Below are positions 9,505 through 19,100 of a stretch of DNA of 64,000 bases, one piece after another (within the stretch, counting starts at the first letter, position 1; the number at the start of each line of letters is the position of its first letter). The notes under the pieces were generated by a model. That model was given only the letters and a program-made list of their open reading frames with translations. It did no database searches and was not told the origin of the DNA. Made by a program: the position numbers and the translations under genes. The stretch comes from an uncultured Planctomycetota bacterium (lineage in GTDB: Bacteria; Planctomycetota; Planctomycetia; Isosphaerales; Isosphaeraceae). Location: NCBI GenBank assembly GCA_963823665.1, contig CAWGMQ010000008.1, forward strand, positions 1,312,001-1,376,000, written 5' to 3'.

Positions 9505-9995
9505 TCAAGGGTGTCGACGTTCTCGCGGGAAGAGGAGCGACAACTGGACCCAACCCGTGATGCCGGCGTCTCTGCCGTCCATCACCTCGACCTTGGCCTT
9601 ACCGGAGATCTTGTCTGCTTCGAGAAGCTTGACCGTCGTGCCTGCATCATACGCTCTGATTTTCTCTGCTTTGGCTAGACGGGTGACACCTGCGCAGCGC
9701 CCGGGCCTTTTTTCCCGCTTTCGATCTGAGCGTCGACCATCTCGTCCCACGCGGATTCGTCGAGACAGATCCAGACGACAGACTCGCGGCGCCCGCCGGG
9801 GTAACCGAGGTTCGCAAGATCGCCGTCTCGGAGCTCGCGTCGAGCCTGATCTGGGAGGTCTGGTCGCGCGAGAACGTCTGCTGCCGGACGGGGGCCCGAC
9901 GGAGATCGGAGGAGCATCAGCCCAGCGCCGGCACAAACCAAGATCAATAACACGGCCGAAAAATCGCCACGACATCCGGAACGCGGTTCACTCAT
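9505..9995 (-). CDS. Small membrane-anchored hypothetical protein with SH3-like C-terminus; one frameshift near 9680
   Basis: MSEPRSG...AVLLILVCAGAGLMLL TM segment (ORF 9675-10166 frame) continues plausibly into LAKAEKIRAYDAGTTVKLLE...KVEVMDG...GWVQ (ORF 9505-9975 frame). Confidence 0.55.
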
Positions 9996-10220
9996 TGGCT
10001 CTCTCCGCGCACACGACCAGGCCGCAACCCGAATCGCTCCGTGTTGCCAGACGAAATCCAGTTTTATCCTCTCGAGAGATTTGCCGCCATGCATGCCGAT
10101 GCTGAGCGGATCGATCGGGCCGTGGGGGGGGAGATGCTCGGTCTCTCGCGGCGTGAGCGACTTCATCCGTCGATCACGCGCGATCGCGGGGGTGCGCGCG
10201 ACAACTGACTTGCCGACAGT

Positions 10221-10607
10221 TCAGCGAAACATCGACAGGAACAACACCAGCGTTCCCCCGACGCCGATCGAGGCGAGCGGCAGCAAAGCCAGCGCAAGAA
10301 CGGCGGTGCCCGCTCCGGCGTCACGTTGGCGGAACTTGCCGATCACGTGCTTGATCCCGAGTATTGTGGCCAGAAGCGCGGGATTGATGACCAGAAAGAA
10401 CCCGACCTCCGTTCCGAGCTCCTGCGGCGGGGTCAGGCGTGGACCGCTCCAGTTCACCAAAGTCGGACCTGCCTCCGGCACCCGCGGCTTCCAGCGCTCG
10501 ACAACGAGTGATGCACAATCGATGGCGACGGCCGCGGCGATTGTCCAAGCCGCGGTTTGCCACGGCCACCGCGCGAGCCCACGGGGCTTGTTCGGCAGGT
10601 CAGTCAT
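10221..10607 (-). CDS. Small hypothetical membrane protein (about 3 TM)
   Basis: MTDLPNKPRG start followed by three hydrophobic segments. Confidence 0.55.
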   Translation of the reverse strand: MTDLPNKPRGLARWPWQTAAWTIAAAVAIDCASLVVERWKPRVPEAGPTLVNWSGPRLTPPQELGTEVGFFLVINPALLATILGIKHVIGKFRQRDAGAGTAVLALALLPLASIGVGGTLVLFLSMFR

Positions 10608-10684
10608 CGGTTTTGAGGCGACGTGCAAGCTCGAGACTGCGATCAATGCTGAGTGAGCTCTCTCCGAGCAATTAACTGTTCATT

Positions 10685-11185
10685 TCACGACAGCGTGGTC
10701 GAGGTCTTCAGTTGTGGAACGGGGCGCGTGCTTCCCGGCGTGCGCGGCAGGCATTCCGGCTCCGCATCAAACCAGTAGGCAAGGGCAGTCCCGCAAACCA
10801 GGGCAAAGGCCACGATGATGAGGCAGACGCGTTCGGTCAATTGACATTCTTCGAGAACCCCTCGTACACGCGATGACTTCCTTGCGATCAAAGGTGCTGC
10901 TTCTTGTTCGCTTTTGAGCAGTTCCGCCCGATGCGTTCGATCGATGTTGAAGTTCTCGATTGCGTGCGCTGAACCCATCTGGCCGTCAGCATTCGGGGAA
11001 TTCTCTGGCTCTTGATGTTCACCAAATTCGCCCGCCAAGTTTAGCAGCGCACTCGAGCCTTTCGGCGCAGGTTGCGAGCTACTCGGGTGGCGCTGATGTG
11101 TTGTCACTGCTCGATTCCCCTCAAGCAAGTCTGGACATCGTTGGCCCCGGAAAACGTTGGCCGACTCGACGCATCGATCATGCAA
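10685..11185 (-). CDS. Hypothetical protein with a single C-terminal TM helix (start uncertain)
   Basis: 166-aa ORF containing VCLIIVAFALVCGTALAYWF; no recognisable family. Confidence 0.3.
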   Translation of the reverse strand: MHDRCVESANVFRGQRCPDLLEGNRAVTTHQRHPSSSQPAPKGSSALLNLAGEFGEHQEPENSPNADGQMGSAHAIENFNIDRTHRAELLKSEQEAAPLIARKSSRVRGVLEECQLTERVCLIIVAFALVCGTALAYWFDAEPECLPRTPGSTRPVPQLKTSTTLS

Positions 11186-11722
11186 AACCGAACCGGGCGC
11201 AACACGCTCATGAACTTTCAGAACATGAAAGCGTTATCGCCTGAACTGGTTGAGGCGGCCGGCTAATCCGCACTCAAACGTAGCTCAGGAATTCTGAACG
11301 GAAGTCTGCCCGCTCATCCCTGAGACCGAGTGGGCGCCGTCATCGTCGTGGACGGTTTGGGCGCGTCCGAGCTCCGGCATCAGGACCAGGTTCAGAACCA
11401 GCGGCGGCTTGACCGGAGCGCTCCAACCTGCTGGAATTCTGTTTCCGGTGACGCGGCATCTGACCAAATCGTTCGATTTCAGCGGTCATCTGGGAAACGT
11501 CGGGTAAGTGGATTGAGGATGGAGCCCCGATTGTGGGGGCGGCCGTCAACGCACTCGCTGTCTTATGCGTCCGCCGAATCTGGATCGGCCTGGTCCTCGT
11601 GGCTGGGTACTTTATCGCGGTTGTGCAGGTGATAGGGCCGTCCTATGAAACATGGGTTCACGGCCACTGACGAGGCCGCGGAGCCAGTGCCGCGTGCCAT
11701 CCAACCGGCAACTTCGGCGGAC

Positions 11723-11775
11723 GGCACACGGAGTGTGCCTGCTACACCGGACCACTGGCAATGCCGGTGCCACCC
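11723..11775 (-). repeat. Two tandem REP-like palindromes
   Basis: On the minus strand: GTAG-CA-GGCACAC-TCC-GTGTGCC (11723-11745) and GTGG-CACCGGCA-T-TGCCAGTG (11753-11773). Each is a tetranucleotide plus a hairpin. Confidence 0.65.
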
Positions 11776-12006
11776 ACCGCAGTCACATGATCCTGTAATG
11801 CTATTAGAGACGTATGTTGAGTCCAGCGAGTCGCTGGCTTGATCGCCTCGATCCGATGCAATTCGATGATGATGTAGCCCGCGGGATACCCCCAGATGCT
11901 AGAGACCTCGGCAGGCGGAGGATTACCCTTGGTGCTCTTCGTACCGGGTTCATCCTCTAACCGCAAGTCTTTGTCTGTAAGCACTCTTGAACGGTCGTGG
12001 ACGATG

Positions 12007-12070
12007 GCGGAAAATGCTTGAGAAGCTCTCGTAAAGCTTGTGTTCTGGGTTCGAGTCGCGCAGGCGGCTT
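12007..12070 (+). repeat. Degenerate attR-like duplicate of tRNA-Thr 3' part, copy 3
   Basis: 12024-12070 matches 7874-7920 at 39/47 positions. It has the same GCGGAAAATGCT motif (12007-12018) at the same 5-nt spacing as copy 2. Confidence 0.85.
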
Positions 12071-12126
12071 TCAGGCGGGACGAGTCACGTACGAGTGGGT
12101 TTCCTTCCGTCGAGAAGAAGAGCACC

Positions 12127-14616
12127 ATGCGGCGGGCATTCCGATTTCGGAAGGGCGTGCGGATTCCGGTTCAGTCAATCGGAGTGGGATTGGTTCTTGC
12201 GCTGGGGTTGGCGGCCGCGCGCACGGCCGGTGACGACGGGGGCGCCGCCGCGACGGATGCCAGAGAGCTTGCGGTGGGCACGGCGGTTGTGCCGGTTGAC
12301 GATCACGTGATGATTCACCGCGCGATGGTGCGCATGACGCCCGCGGTCGAATCCGAAGTAACAGATCCGGTGTTCCTCATTGCTGCGCGTAATTTGAGGA
12401 CGAGGACACAGCTACGACAGGTTCCTCTGCCGGGGCTCGAGACTCAGAAATTCGACGTTAACGCGGACGAGATTCTTCTGTTCCACATCTCGCGCGTGCG
12501 CCCAAAGCACGTCGAGGTGACCTCGCAAGACAAGAAGACGCGCGGTTGGCTTCGACTAGACCAGGTCATTCCGGTCAGGGAGGCTTTGGCGCGAGCCAGC
12601 CGTGCGATTGAAAACGATCCGGGCGATATCACCGCACTCGTCCGAAGGGCAAGGCTGCGTTGCGCGGAGCAGCAGTGCGAGAGCGCGCTGGCTGATCTGG
12701 ACGCGGCGATCCGGCGTGATCCCAAGAGTGCGGCGGCGTTCAAGGCGCGCTCGGATCTCTCCATTTCCATCGGTGATTTTGACGCCGCGATGGAGGACTT
12801 CGACCGGTATGTGAATTTACAATCCGCGAATGTAACGTTCTTCATCAGCCGAGCCCGACGATGGCTGGACAAGGACGAGAGTGGGCGTGGGGTTGTGGAC
12901 CTGGAGCGCGCACAAGGTATCGATCCCAATCATCCGGGGATTCCGCTGGTCTGGTTTGAGTACTGGTCGCTCAAAGGCGAGTCGGAGCGTGCGCTCGCGG
13001 AGCTTGATGCGGCGATTCGCCGCGATCCGGCGGCACTCAGTGCGTACGAACTGCGGGCGGAAGCCCTCGCAGCAAGCGGCGAGCTGGACAAGGCGGTCGC
13101 CGACTGGGACCAGGCGATCAAGCTCGAACCCGACGATCCCGAACTCTTTCGCGCTCGAGCGGCCCAGTGGATGGCGCTCGAAGACCCAGACAAGGCGATC
13201 GCCGATTATTCACGCGCGATCGCTCTTGATCCGGATGTGGTTGAGCCTTATCTCCGGCGTGCGGATGCGTGGTCAGCGAAGAATCGGCACGACAAGGCGA
13301 TCGCCGACGATTCCGCAGCGATCAAGCTCGACGCCAAGTGTCGCGAAGCATTCCTGAGCAGGGGCAAGGTGCGGCAGGCTAAAGGTGATCTCGACGGCGC
13401 CATCGCCGACTTCACCGAAGTGATTCGTTTGAGCCCCAAGCCCGCGCAGAGGCTCTCGCCGTTTGAGGCCGCCAGCTATGCCGATAGCTATCAGGCACTT
13501 CAATGCCGGGGCGATCTCCTGCTGCAGAGGAAGGAACCCGCGCGGGCGATTGCGGATTACGACCGTCTGATCGAGGCCAATCCAGCGGATTGCGAGGCGC
13601 TGTACAGGCGCAGATGCGCGAAGTTCGACCTGAAACAGCTCGATGAGGCGATGGCCGATCTGGACAGCGCGATCGAGCAAGGGCCGACACGAGACGATAT
13701 CTACTATACGCGCGGGTGCCTCTGGTTCGAGAAGAAGAACTACGACAAGGCGATCGCCGATTTTACCGAGGCGATCGTTCTCGACCCGGACGATGAACAA
13801 TTGTCCTGGCGATACGGGAACCGTGGGAGGTGTCTCCGCGCGAAGCACGAATTCGACGGCGCGATTGCCGACTTGACGCAAGCCATCAAGCTCGAGCCGC
13901 AGGACCCAGCGCTTTATGTGGAACGCGGGCGCGCCTGGACCGAGAAGACGGACTTTTCGCGAGCGATCGCGGATTTATCCGTGGCCGTGCGACTCGCTCC
14001 GAAAGCCGCAAACTACCGGATTACGAGAGGGATCTTATTCCGCCGGAACAAGGATTTTGCCAGGGCGCTTGACGACCTCAACGAGGCGATCCGACTCGAG
14101 CCACGGAGTCCGGGCCATTACGTGGAACGCAGCAATATTTGGCTCGACAAGAAAGAGTTCGCGCGAGCGATCGAGGATTTGTCGGCGGCGATCAAGCTGG
14201 CGCCTGATTTCGCGATGCTTTACGGGGCGCGGGGCAACGCGTTGCGCCGCAACAGGGATCATGCCCGGGCACTCGAGGACTTTGGCACGGCGGTTCGACT
14301 CGATAGCAAAACCTGGGGTTGGTATAGCCACAGTGCCTGGATTCGTGCGACTTGCCCAGACCCGGCTCTCCGGGACGGCAAGTCAGCGGTAGGCCTGGCA
14401 ACCCGAGGCTGCGAGCTCGTCGAGTGGAAGGCAGCTTTCGCGCTCGAAAGCCTCGCTGCTGCCTGCGCCGAAGCAGGCGACTTCAAGACCGCGGTTGAGT
14501 GGCAGAAGAAAGCGATCAAACTATCGCCGTCGGATGATCCGATGCGGGCGAAGAAGCTTGATCGCCTGGCGCAATTCGAGAAGAAGCAGCCTTACCGTGA
14601 GCAGGCCGATGATTGA
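12127..14616 (+). CDS. Exported tetratricopeptide-repeat protein
   Basis: Signal-like N-terminus, many AIAD(F/Y/L)xxAIxLxP TPR repeats, and a C-terminal AWIRATCPD...RDGKSAV...ATRGCEL...LAAACAEAGDF cap. Confidence 0.9.
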   Translation: MRRAFRFRKGVRIPVQSIGVGLVLALGLAAARTAGDDGGAAATDARELAVGTAVVPVDDHVMIHRAMVRMTPAVESEVTDPVFLIAARNLRTRTQLRQVPLPGLETQKFDVNADEILLFHISRVRPKHVEVTSQDKKTRGWLRLDQVIPVREALARASRAIENDPGDITALVRRARLRCAEQQCESALADLDAAIRRDPKSAAAFKARSDLSISIGDFDAAMEDFDRYVNLQSANVTFFISRARRWLDKDESGRGVVDLERAQGIDPNHPGIPLVWFEYWSLKGESERALAELDAAIRRDPAALSAYELRAEALAASGELDKAVADWDQAIKLEPDDPELFRARAAQWMALEDPDKAIADYSRAIALDPDVVEPYLRRADAWSAKNRHDKAIADDSAAIKLDAKCREAFLSRGKVRQAKGDLDGAIADFTEVIRLSPKPAQRLSPFEAASYADSYQALQCRGDLLLQRKEPARAIADYDRLIEANPADCEALYRRRCAKFDLKQLDEAMADLDSAIEQGPTRDDIYYTRGCLWFEKKNYDKAIADFTEAIVLDPDDEQLSWRYGNRGRCLRAKHEFDGAIADLTQAIKLEPQDPALYVERGRAWTEKTDFSRAIADLSVAVRLAPKAANYRITRGILFRRNKDFARALDDLNEAIRLEPRSPGHYVERSNIWLDKKEFARAIEDLSAAIKLAPDFAMLYGARGNALRRNRDHARALEDFGTAVRLDSKTWGWYSHSAWIRATCPDPALRDGKSAVGLATRGCELVEWKAAFALESLAAACAEAGDFKTAVEWQKKAIKLSPSDDPMRAKKLDRLAQFEKKQPYREQADD

Positions 14617-14721
14617 GAGGTTACCGCGCCTGGTGGCGACGGTGCTTGCTTCTGGGATAATACGGACCGGGGTGCGGCGATCTGCGATTGCAGAGCGCGG
14701 CGACCCCGGGAGAACGGTGCG

Positions 14722-17700
14722 ATGAACTCGGGCATCGAAGAAGATCTGCTGTTCGGGCTGATGGCGATTCAGAACGGGATGATCGATCAGGAACAGATGT
14801 TCGCCGCTTATGAGGATTGGAACCTCGATAAGTCGGTTACGCTGGCCGATCACATTGCTGCTCGCGGCGAACTCGAGTCAGGCGACCGCGCTCTGATCGA
14901 GGGGCTCGTCGAGCGGCACTTGAAGCGGCATGACGGCGACGCCGAGCAGAGCATGGCGGCCTTGATCGTCGGCCGAGCGAATCTCGAGCAACTGGCGCAG
15001 TACGAGGAATTCTCGGTCGGCACGACGCTGTCGTATTTCGCGTCGGGGTCGCGGAGCGGCGCGGACGGCAAGAGCGGAGGAGGCTTGCGACCCATCGTTC
15101 GCCCTGGCGTGCCGCCCGGGCAGCGATTTCAAGTGCTTCGACCCTATGCGAAGGGGGGACTGGGGTCGGTCTCGGTTGCGCTCGACACCGAGGTGCATCG
15201 CGAGGTGGCGCTCAAACAGATTCTCGAGAAGCACGCAGATGACCCGCTCAGCCGGCAGCGATTCCTGCTCGAGGCCGAGATCACGGGCGGACTGGAACAT
15301 CCGGGGATCGTGCCGGTGTACGGTCTGGGGGCGGACGCCCGGGGCCGGCCGTTTTACGCGATGCGGTTCATCCAGGGGGAGACTCTCAAAGAGACTGCCG
15401 AGCAGTTCCACCAGGACCGATCACTGAGCTGCGACGCGGGCCGCCGCTCGCTCGAGCTGCGGAAGCTGCTGCGGCGGTTCATCGACGTTTGCAATGCCGT
15501 CGATTATGCGCACGGCCGGGGCGTGCTGCACCGCGACATCAAGCCGGGCAACGTGATCCTGGGTAAACACGGGGAGACTCTGCTGGTCGACTGGGGGCTG
15601 GCCAAAGCGATGGGGCGTTCCGACCCGGCGGAGGGCGAGGGCACGCTGACACTGAGCGCTGCGAGCGGGGCTACTGAGACCTTGCCGGGCCGGGCGATGG
15701 GAACACCGGCCTTCATGAGCGCGGAGCAAGCCGCGGGGGACATCAAGCGGCTGGGGCCGCAGAGCGATGTTTACAGTCTGGGCGCGACGCTTTACTACAT
15801 TCTCGCGGGACGGCCACCGCTTGCAGGCAGTGTGGCCGATATTCTGCGCCGGACGCGAGAGGGGGATTTCCCGCCGCCGCGGCTGATCCAGCCGTCGGTT
15901 GAAAAGGCGCTCGAGGCCGTGTGCTTGAAGGCGATGGCTCTTCTACCGGAAGACCGGTACGCGACGGCGAGGGCGCTGGCGGATGACATCGAGCGCTGGC
16001 AAGCGGACGAGCCGGTCTCCGCGTGGCGTGAACCGCTCTGGGTGCGGTTGCGGCGGCGGGCGCGGAAGCACCGCGTGGCGGTGGCTGTTGCGGCGGCGCT
16101 CTTGATGGCAACGACGATAGGGCTGGGTGTGAGCACGGCGCTCATCGCGCGAGAGCGGAACGAGGCGGAGGCGCAGGGCGAGCAGGCGCGGCAGGCGATC
16201 CAACTCTTGACGGGGGCAGCGGATCTTGCGTTCGACGAACGGCTGGATCCGTTTCAGGTGGAATTCCTCAAGCAGGCACTTGGGTATTATCAAGGGTTCA
16301 CGGCGCGGGTCGCGGCGAATCCGAAGGTGCGAGTGGAGCACGGCCGCGCGTATCAGCAAATGGGAGACATCCAGCGCAAGCTTTACAAGGGAATCTCCGC
16401 AGCGGAGGGCTCATACCAGAAAGCGCTTCAGTTGCTCGAGCCGCTGGCGAGGGACGCCGGCCTGGGGAGGGCCGCACGTCAGTCGCTGGCCCGCACGGAG
16501 TGTCTGCTGGCCGACCTGCTGGTGCGCCAAGGCGACGCTGAGAAGAAGGCAGCAGCGCTTTATCACGAGTCGCTCGAAACGCAGCGAGCGCTGGTGAAAG
16601 AGGCGGGCGCTTCGACCGTCGACTGGCTGCGGCTGGGGCAGACGCTCAAGAGCCAGGCCGATCTGCTGTGGCTGAACGGGCAGCTCAAGCCTGCCAACCT
16701 CGACTACGACGAAGCAATCGCCGTCCTTGAAATGGTGCCCGCGAGCGACGAAAAGCGGAATGAAGCTCAAACCGCGCTGGCGCTGGCGATCGACTCGCGG
16801 GGCTGGATTCAGTTCGAGCAAGGCGACCTCGCCGGGGCGGAGAAAGATTACCGCCGCGCCCTGGAGTTGTTAGCCGGCCTGGTCAAGAAATTCCCCACGA
16901 TTCCACGTCACCGGGAGGCGCTTGCACGAGCCTGTAACAGCCTGGGGGTGATCGAAACGAGCACCGGGCGGCCGACCGAAGCCGAGGGGCACTTCCGGCG
17001 CGAGCTGCCGCTGGTCGAGCGATTGTCGGAGGATTTCCAGGACCAGGGCGAGTATCAGCGTCTGCTGGCCCGCACGCTGATGAATCTGGAAAAGGTGTTG
17101 TCGGAGCAGAACCGCGGCAGGGAAGCCGAGCCGTTCATTCGCCGCGCGATTGAGGTGAATTCACCAGTGGCAGACGGCTCGCCGGACGACGTTCAGATTC
17201 ACGTCGACCTGGCGCTGCAACACAACAACCTGGGTATGCTCTTGCGAGCGCGGGGGGCGAGCAGGCAGGCGATCGACTCGTTCCAGGAGGCGAGAGCGAT
17301 CAGCGAGAAGCTGATGGGCAAGTTTCCGGGGCAACCGCGATTTCGCGAGCATCTCGCGGGCGTGCTCACCAATCTGGCGGAGGCGCTTGCGAGTGTGGGC
17401 GATCCCGAGGGGAAGGATGTCTACAAGATCCTCATTCCGCTCTACGAGAATCTGGTGGCCGAGTATCCGGACAACATCAACTACAAGATCGGCCAGGCGA
17501 GCTGCCTTCGGAACTACGGGCCGCTCGTGGCCGCCCTTGGGCGGCCGCAGGAGGCGGAATCACTGTATCGAAAGGCGCTCGAGCTGCTGGAGACAAGGCC
17601 CGGGCAGATTCCGTCGACCGATCAGTTGCGTGTGCAGGCCGACGTGCTGAACAACCTGGGCGACTTGCAGCAAGGGAGCAACCGACCGCTGGCTGAAGCG

Positions 17701-18438
17701 ACTCTGCGGCGAGCGATCGAGATCTTCGAGATTCTGGTGGAGCGGAAGCCGCCGGCTCTGAAGGATCGCCACGGCCTGGCGATTGCTCGCAACAATCTTG
17801 GAGAGCTGATGGTCAAGCTGAAGCGGTTCGACGATGCCGGTCAACTCTACGAGAAGTCGGTGGCCAACTTTGAAGCGTTGATCGCTGAATCGCCGGGATC
17901 GACCGACTACCAGAGCCAGTTCGGCATCGTGCTGGCGAATGAGGGAAGCCGGCTTGAGCAGATCGACAAGGCCGCGCAAGCGCGAGCTCTTCTGGAACGA
18001 GCGGTCAAGCACGAGCGCCAGGCCGTGTTGCTGAGCAAGAACCGGGACGACATCCGGGGCGTGCTGGGGAGCCAGCTCATGCAACTGGCCACGATCGAGC
18101 TCAAGCTGAGAGAGTACGGAGGCGCGGCGACGACGGCGCTTGAGATTCCGGGCGCTTTGCCGGGTTCGGAACGGAGCCGGGGATGTCTCGACGCGGCCAG
18201 GATTCTGGCGAGAGTTTCGGCGCAGGCGAGAGCCGATGCGAAGCTCAAACCGAGTGAGCGGGAGGAGCTCGGGGCCAAGTACCTGCCGCGGACGGTGGTG
18301 TTGCTTCGCGAAGCGATCGACGGCGACCCGGGGCTGGGTGAGCGCATCAAGACCGAGACGGAATTCAGCGAGATCAGGTCGCGGCCGGAGTTCACGACGA
18401 TGCTCAATAGTTTGGTTGATGTGAAACGGGCGAAATGA
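14722..18438 (+). CDS. Ser/Thr protein kinase with TM helix and long TPR region
   Basis: YAKGGLGSV, VALK, HRDIKPGN, DWG, GTPAFMSAE, then TM VAVAVAAALLMA and NNLG-type TPR repeats. Confidence 0.93.
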   Translation: MNSGIEEDLLFGLMAIQNGMIDQEQMFAAYEDWNLDKSVTLADHIAARGELESGDRALIEGLVERHLKRHDGDAEQSMAALIVGRANLEQLAQYEEFSVGTTLSYFASGSRSGADGKSGGGLRPIVRPGVPPGQRFQVLRPYAKGGLGSVSVALDTEVHREVALKQILEKHADDPLSRQRFLLEAEITGGLEHPGIVPVYGLGADARGRPFYAMRFIQGETLKETAEQFHQDRSLSCDAGRRSLELRKLLRRFIDVCNAVDYAHGRGVLHRDIKPGNVILGKHGETLLVDWGLAKAMGRSDPAEGEGTLTLSAASGATETLPGRAMGTPAFMSAEQAAGDIKRLGPQSDVYSLGATLYYILAGRPPLAGSVADILRRTREGDFPPPRLIQPSVEKALEAVCLKAMALLPEDRYATARALADDIERWQADEPVSAWREPLWVRLRRRARKHRVAVAVAAALLMATTIGLGVSTALIARERNEAEAQGEQARQAIQLLTGAADLAFDERLDPFQVEFLKQALGYYQGFTARVAANPKVRVEHGRAYQQMGDIQRKLYKGISAAEGSYQKALQLLEPLARDAGLGRAARQSLARTECLLADLLVRQGDAEKKAAALYHESLETQRALVKEAGASTVDWLRLGQTLKSQADLLWLNGQLKPANLDYDEAIAVLEMVPASDEKRNEAQTALALAIDSRGWIQFEQGDLAGAEKDYRRALELLAGLVKKFPTIPRHREALARACNSLGVIETSTGRPTEAEGHFRRELPLVERLSEDFQDQGEYQRLLARTLMNLEKVLSEQNRGREAEPFIRRAIEVNSPVADGSPDDVQIHVDLALQHNNLGMLLRARGASRQAIDSFQEARAISEKLMGKFPGQPRFREHLAGVLTNLAEALASVGDPEGKDVYKILIPLYENLVAEYPDNINYKIGQASCLRNYGPLVAALGRPQEAESLYRKALELLETRPGQIPSTDQLRVQADVLNNLGDLQQGSNRPLAEATLRRAIEIFEILVERKPPALKDRHGLAIARNNLGELMVKLKRFDDAGQLYEKSVANFEALIAESPGSTDYQSQFGIVLANEGSRLEQIDKAAQARALLERAVKHERQAVLLSKNRDDIRGVLGSQLMQLATIELKLREYGGAATTALEIPGALPGSERSRGCLDAARILARVSAQARADAKLKPSEREELGAKYLPRTVVLLREAIDGDPGLGERIKTETEFSEIRSRPEFTTMLNSLVDVKRAK

Positions 18439-19094
18439 TGAGGAGTTTTTGGGAGAGGAGGCCCCGCATGTCAGCCGTGATGGGCGGCGCAGCAAGTGAG
18501 TCAAATTTGAGATCGCAGGGGTTACCACGACGATTTCGGCTTCTCGACGCGATGATCCTGGTGGCGGCGATGGGTCTGGCGTGTGGCATCACGCAGAGCT
18601 TGAGTTACGCGACTGGTGGGTCGATTTCGTGGACAGCGATTTTGGCGGCGATCTATAAAATGCCCAACGGGCTTCCGAAGTTCCTGGAGATTTCCGCGGG
18701 TTTATTGATCCTCGCACTTCCGTTCGCCGGGATGTTGTCGCTCGCCGTCATACCTGTGCGATTGATTGGACCCAGACCACGGTGTGCGCGAGTAGCCCGG
18801 CAGCCAGGGATCACGGCAATGTGGGCTGCAGGTTTGGGAATTGCGCTTTCGGCAGTGCAGATCGGAATTGCGGCTTCGATTGGAACAGGATTCGCGTCCG
18901 GTTACCGAGAAATCATCGCTCTTCATTCATGCCTTTCCTACCCCGGGATGGCGGTCCTCGGTACGTGGGCGTCGTTGGTTCTTGCAAGGCGCTGGCGCAG
19001 TGAAAAGAGCTGGGTCGATCGGATGGGTCGAGTGCTCGGGTTCTTCTGGATACTGGTTGGGGTTTTCGTGCCCATCATCATTCTGGTGGCGTGA
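18435..19094 (+). CDS. Hypothetical integral membrane protein
   Basis: ATGA overlap with the kinase stop, a RRFRLLDAMILVAA motif and about 5 TM segments. Confidence 0.7.
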   Translation: MMRSFWERRPRMSAVMGGAASESNLRSQGLPRRFRLLDAMILVAAMGLACGITQSLSYATGGSISWTAILAAIYKMPNGLPKFLEISAGLLILALPFAGMLSLAVIPVRLIGPRPRCARVARQPGITAMWAAGLGIALSAVQIGIAASIGTGFASGYREIIALHSCLSYPGMAVLGTWASLVLARRWRSEKSWVDRMGRVLGFFWILVGVFVPIIILVA

Positions 19095-19100
19095 GGTTTT

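Noticed and set aside
11281..11288. TAGCTCAG as a tRNA 5' fragment
   Set aside because: It is only an 8-nt match, with no flanking tRNA structure.
7847..12070. CRISPR-like array formed by the three repeats
   Set aside because: The spacers are 1.5-2.5 kb and gene-bearing, the repeat is tRNA-derived, and there are no cas genes.
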